The translations under genes and the position numbers were made by a program. Below the pieces are notes generated by a model. That model was given only the letters and a program-made list of their open reading frames with translations. It did no database searches and was not told where the DNA came from. A stretch of DNA of 64,000 bases. It comes from Cyanophyceae cyanobacterium (lineage in GTDB: Bacteria; Cyanobacteriota; Cyanobacteriia; Cyanobacteriales; Laspinemataceae). Location: positions 295,758 through 359,757 of the forward strand of contig JBBQFN010000004.1 of NCBI GenBank assembly GCA_038321985.1. The letters are read 5' to 3'. Of the stretch, positions 62,057-64,000 are shown piece after piece. Within the stretch, counting starts at the first letter, position 1. The number at the start of each line of letters is the position of its first letter.

Positions 62057-63373
62057 GTGACTTTCAAAATTGGTTTATTGGGATTGGGAACGGTAGGCGC
62101 AGGAACGGCGCAGATTCTGCTAGATTCCGTAGGACGTCATCCGTTGTTGCAGGAGTTGGAAATTGCCCGGGTGGGGGTACGATCGCTGGATAAACCCCGG
62201 GATGTTAACCTTCCAGCCGATATCTTCACGACGGATTTAGAGGCAATTGTCACGGATCCCGAGATTGATATTGTGGTGGAGTTGATTGGGGGTTTAGAAC
62301 CGGCGCGATCGCTGATGTTGAAGGCGATCGCAGGTGGAAAGCACGTTGTCACAGCTAACAAAGCGGCGATCGCCCTTTACGGCGCGGAAATCTTCACGGC
62401 AGCGAACGAAAAAGGCGTCTATGTCATGTTAGAAGCAGCCGTGGGGGGGGGTATCCCGGTGATTCAACCCCTGAAGCAGTCTTTGGGAAGCAACCGGATC
62501 CAAGGGGTGATGGGAATCATCAATGGCACAACCAACTACATCCTCACCCGGATGCAACTGGAAGGGGCTGATTTTGAGGCGGTGCTCGCCGATGCCCAAA
62601 AATTGGGCTATGCGGAAGCGGATCCCACAGCCGATGTAGATGGATTGGATGCAGCAGATAAAATTGCAATTCTGGCATCCTTGGCATTTGGGGGACGGAT
62701 CAAGCGTGAACAAGTCTATGCCGAAGGGATTCGGCAGGTTAGCGCCGAAGATATCGCATACGCGGAGAAATTGGGGTTTGTGATCAAGTTGCTGGCGATC
62801 GCCAAGCGCGAAGAAGGCCCTACCCCTGACTCCCAAACAGATATCGACGATCGCCTCCAGTTGAGAGTTCATCCGACTTTGGTCCCAAAGCAGCATCCTT
62901 TGGCAAATGTGAATGGAGTTTATAATGCCATTTTCATTGAAGGAGACCCGATTGGACAGGTGATGTTTTATGGAAGAGGGGCCGGTGCAGGTCCCACGGC
63001 AAGCGCAGTGGTGGCGGATATTTTAAATGTGGCGGCAGTCTTGAAAACTGAAACTGAACCCATACCCCATCCATTGTTAAGCTGTTCTCATCAACATTAC
63101 TGCGCGATCGCCCCGATGGAAGATGTAGTGACGCGCTTTTACGCCCGCTTTTTAACTCGGGATACTCCCGGGGTAATCGGCGAATTGGGGACCATTTTCG
63201 GCAAAAATGGCGTTAGTCTCGAATCGGTAGTGCAGATTGGGATGCGTGACAATGTGGCTGAAATTGTGGTGGTTACCCATGATGTGAAAGAAGGCAATTT
63301 TAATCAAGCCTTAGCTGAAATTCGCAATCTGGAGGCGATCGTCTCAATTCCTAGTCTATTGCGCGTCCTTTAA
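62057..63373 (+). CDS. hom: Homoserine dehydrogenase with C-terminal ACT domain
   Basis: IGLLGLGTVG, VVTANK, EAAVGGGIP, INGTTNYIL, GYAEADPTADVDG and GAGAGPTASAV. Confidence 0.97.
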   Translation: MTFKIGLLGLGTVGAGTAQILLDSVGRHPLLQELEIARVGVRSLDKPRDVNLPADIFTTDLEAIVTDPEIDIVVELIGGLEPARSLMLKAIAGGKHVVTANKAAIALYGAEIFTAANEKGVYVMLEAAVGGGIPVIQPLKQSLGSNRIQGVMGIINGTTNYILTRMQLEGADFEAVLADAQKLGYAEADPTADVDGLDAADKIAILASLAFGGRIKREQVYAEGIRQVSAEDIAYAEKLGFVIKLLAIAKREEGPTPDSQTDIDDRLQLRVHPTLVPKQHPLANVNGVYNAIFIEGDPIGQVMFYGRGAGAGPTASAVVADILNVAAVLKTETEPIPHPLLSCSHQHYCAIAPMEDVVTRFYARFLTRDTPGVIGELGTIFGKNGVSLESVVQIGMRDNVAEIVVVTHDVKEGNFNQALAEIRNLEAIVSIPSLLRVL

Positions 63374-63442
63374 TTTGGGAGCAGTTGAGGATTGAGGGTC
63401 AATCGTTGATAGTCTAGTTTTAGTTTTTCCTATCGGGCTAGT

Positions 63443-63895
63443 ATGCTTAATCCCCAATCCTCTATTCCTGAAATTATCATGGACGATGAGTTGCTTCCCC
63501 CCCAGGACCTGCGGTTGTCGGTGGGGGGAAGTTTTAAGGCGATCGGTGCCGAATTTTTTCGTTATTTTATAGAAATAGCGGGTTTACAGCCGGATGAAAG
63601 GGTGCTAGATGTCGGCTGTGGTGTCGGACGAATGGCAGTTCCTCTCACGAGTTATCTGAGCGATCGCGGCAGTTATGAAGGATTTGATATTGTTGAGTCG
63701 GGGATAAACTGGTGTCAGTCGGTGATTTCCCCAAGATATCCGAATTTTCAGTTCCAGCGGGCAAATCTTTACAATCAATATTACAACCCGACAGGACAGG
63801 AACAGGCGAGTAACTATCGGTTCCCCTATCCAGATAATTGCTTTGATTTTGTATTTTTGAGGCTCTTCAGACTTTTTGGTGATAAGTTTTTCTAA
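63443..63895 (+). pseudogene. Class I SAM-dependent methyltransferase, C-terminally interrupted
   Basis: VLDVGCGVGRMA, GFDI and YRFPYPDNCFDFVFL, then an abrupt switch to RLFRLFGDKFF* where xSVFTH and the rest of the fold are expected. Confidence 0.75.
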
Positions 63896-64000
63896 TTAGT
63901 TTTGTACTCGCTCCCCAGCCCAGGAACTGAAAGCCTTACAAGTCAAGGCTTCTAGCTCTAAAAGTGACCAAAACGAGTCTCATAAATCCCCAAAATACTA
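63861..64000. mobile_element. Probable end of an insertion sequence interrupting the methyltransferase (family not assignable)
   Basis: Non-coding-looking sequence starting GGCTCTTCAGAC exactly where methyltransferase homology breaks. No transposase or second end lies inside the window. Confidence 0.45.

Overview
Chromosomal window from a filamentous cyanobacterium. HIP1 (GCGATCGC) occurs throughout, with prk, a CpcD-domain petH, DUF3318 and DUF1816; the gene content looks Oscillatoriales-like (inference). Housekeeping genes (queE, trpD, carA, mini-RNase III, rlmB, pepP, an M16 protease pair, valS, prk, petH, hom) alternate with accessory blocks. (1) A 9-kb orphan biosynthetic cluster (4086-13160) encodes a CylC/AurF-type dimetal-carboxylate enzyme, a second ferritin-like diiron protein, three Rieske oxygenases, a ferredoxin, a membrane desaturase/hydroxylase, an acyltransferase and a GH3 adenylating enzyme, with no PKS, NRPS or ACP. 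(2) A translationally coupled pair of a giant Upf1-like SF1 helicase and an HKD/PLD protein (40651-47509) resembles a Mokosh-type defence system, with a beta-helix/Ig-like N-terminus instead of a kinase. (3) A 764-aa unknown protein carrying a cryptic LodA/GoxA-like CTQ motif is coupled to a LodB-like flavoprotein that has one in-frame TAG (52443-55755). Also present: a stand-alone NusA paralog with degenerate KH loops, an AAA_35 NTPase / AAA_35-TM-WD40 pair, a PatX-like small ORF behind an NtcA box, a STAS gene that appears to start at ATT, two copies of a ~140-bp MITE, REP-like hairpins, and several decayed remnants (YoeB-type TA module, IS1, Rpn, McrC, and a methyltransferase truncated at the right edge). 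No rRNA, tRNA or CRISPR array was seen. All family calls come from motif recognition by eye, not database searches.
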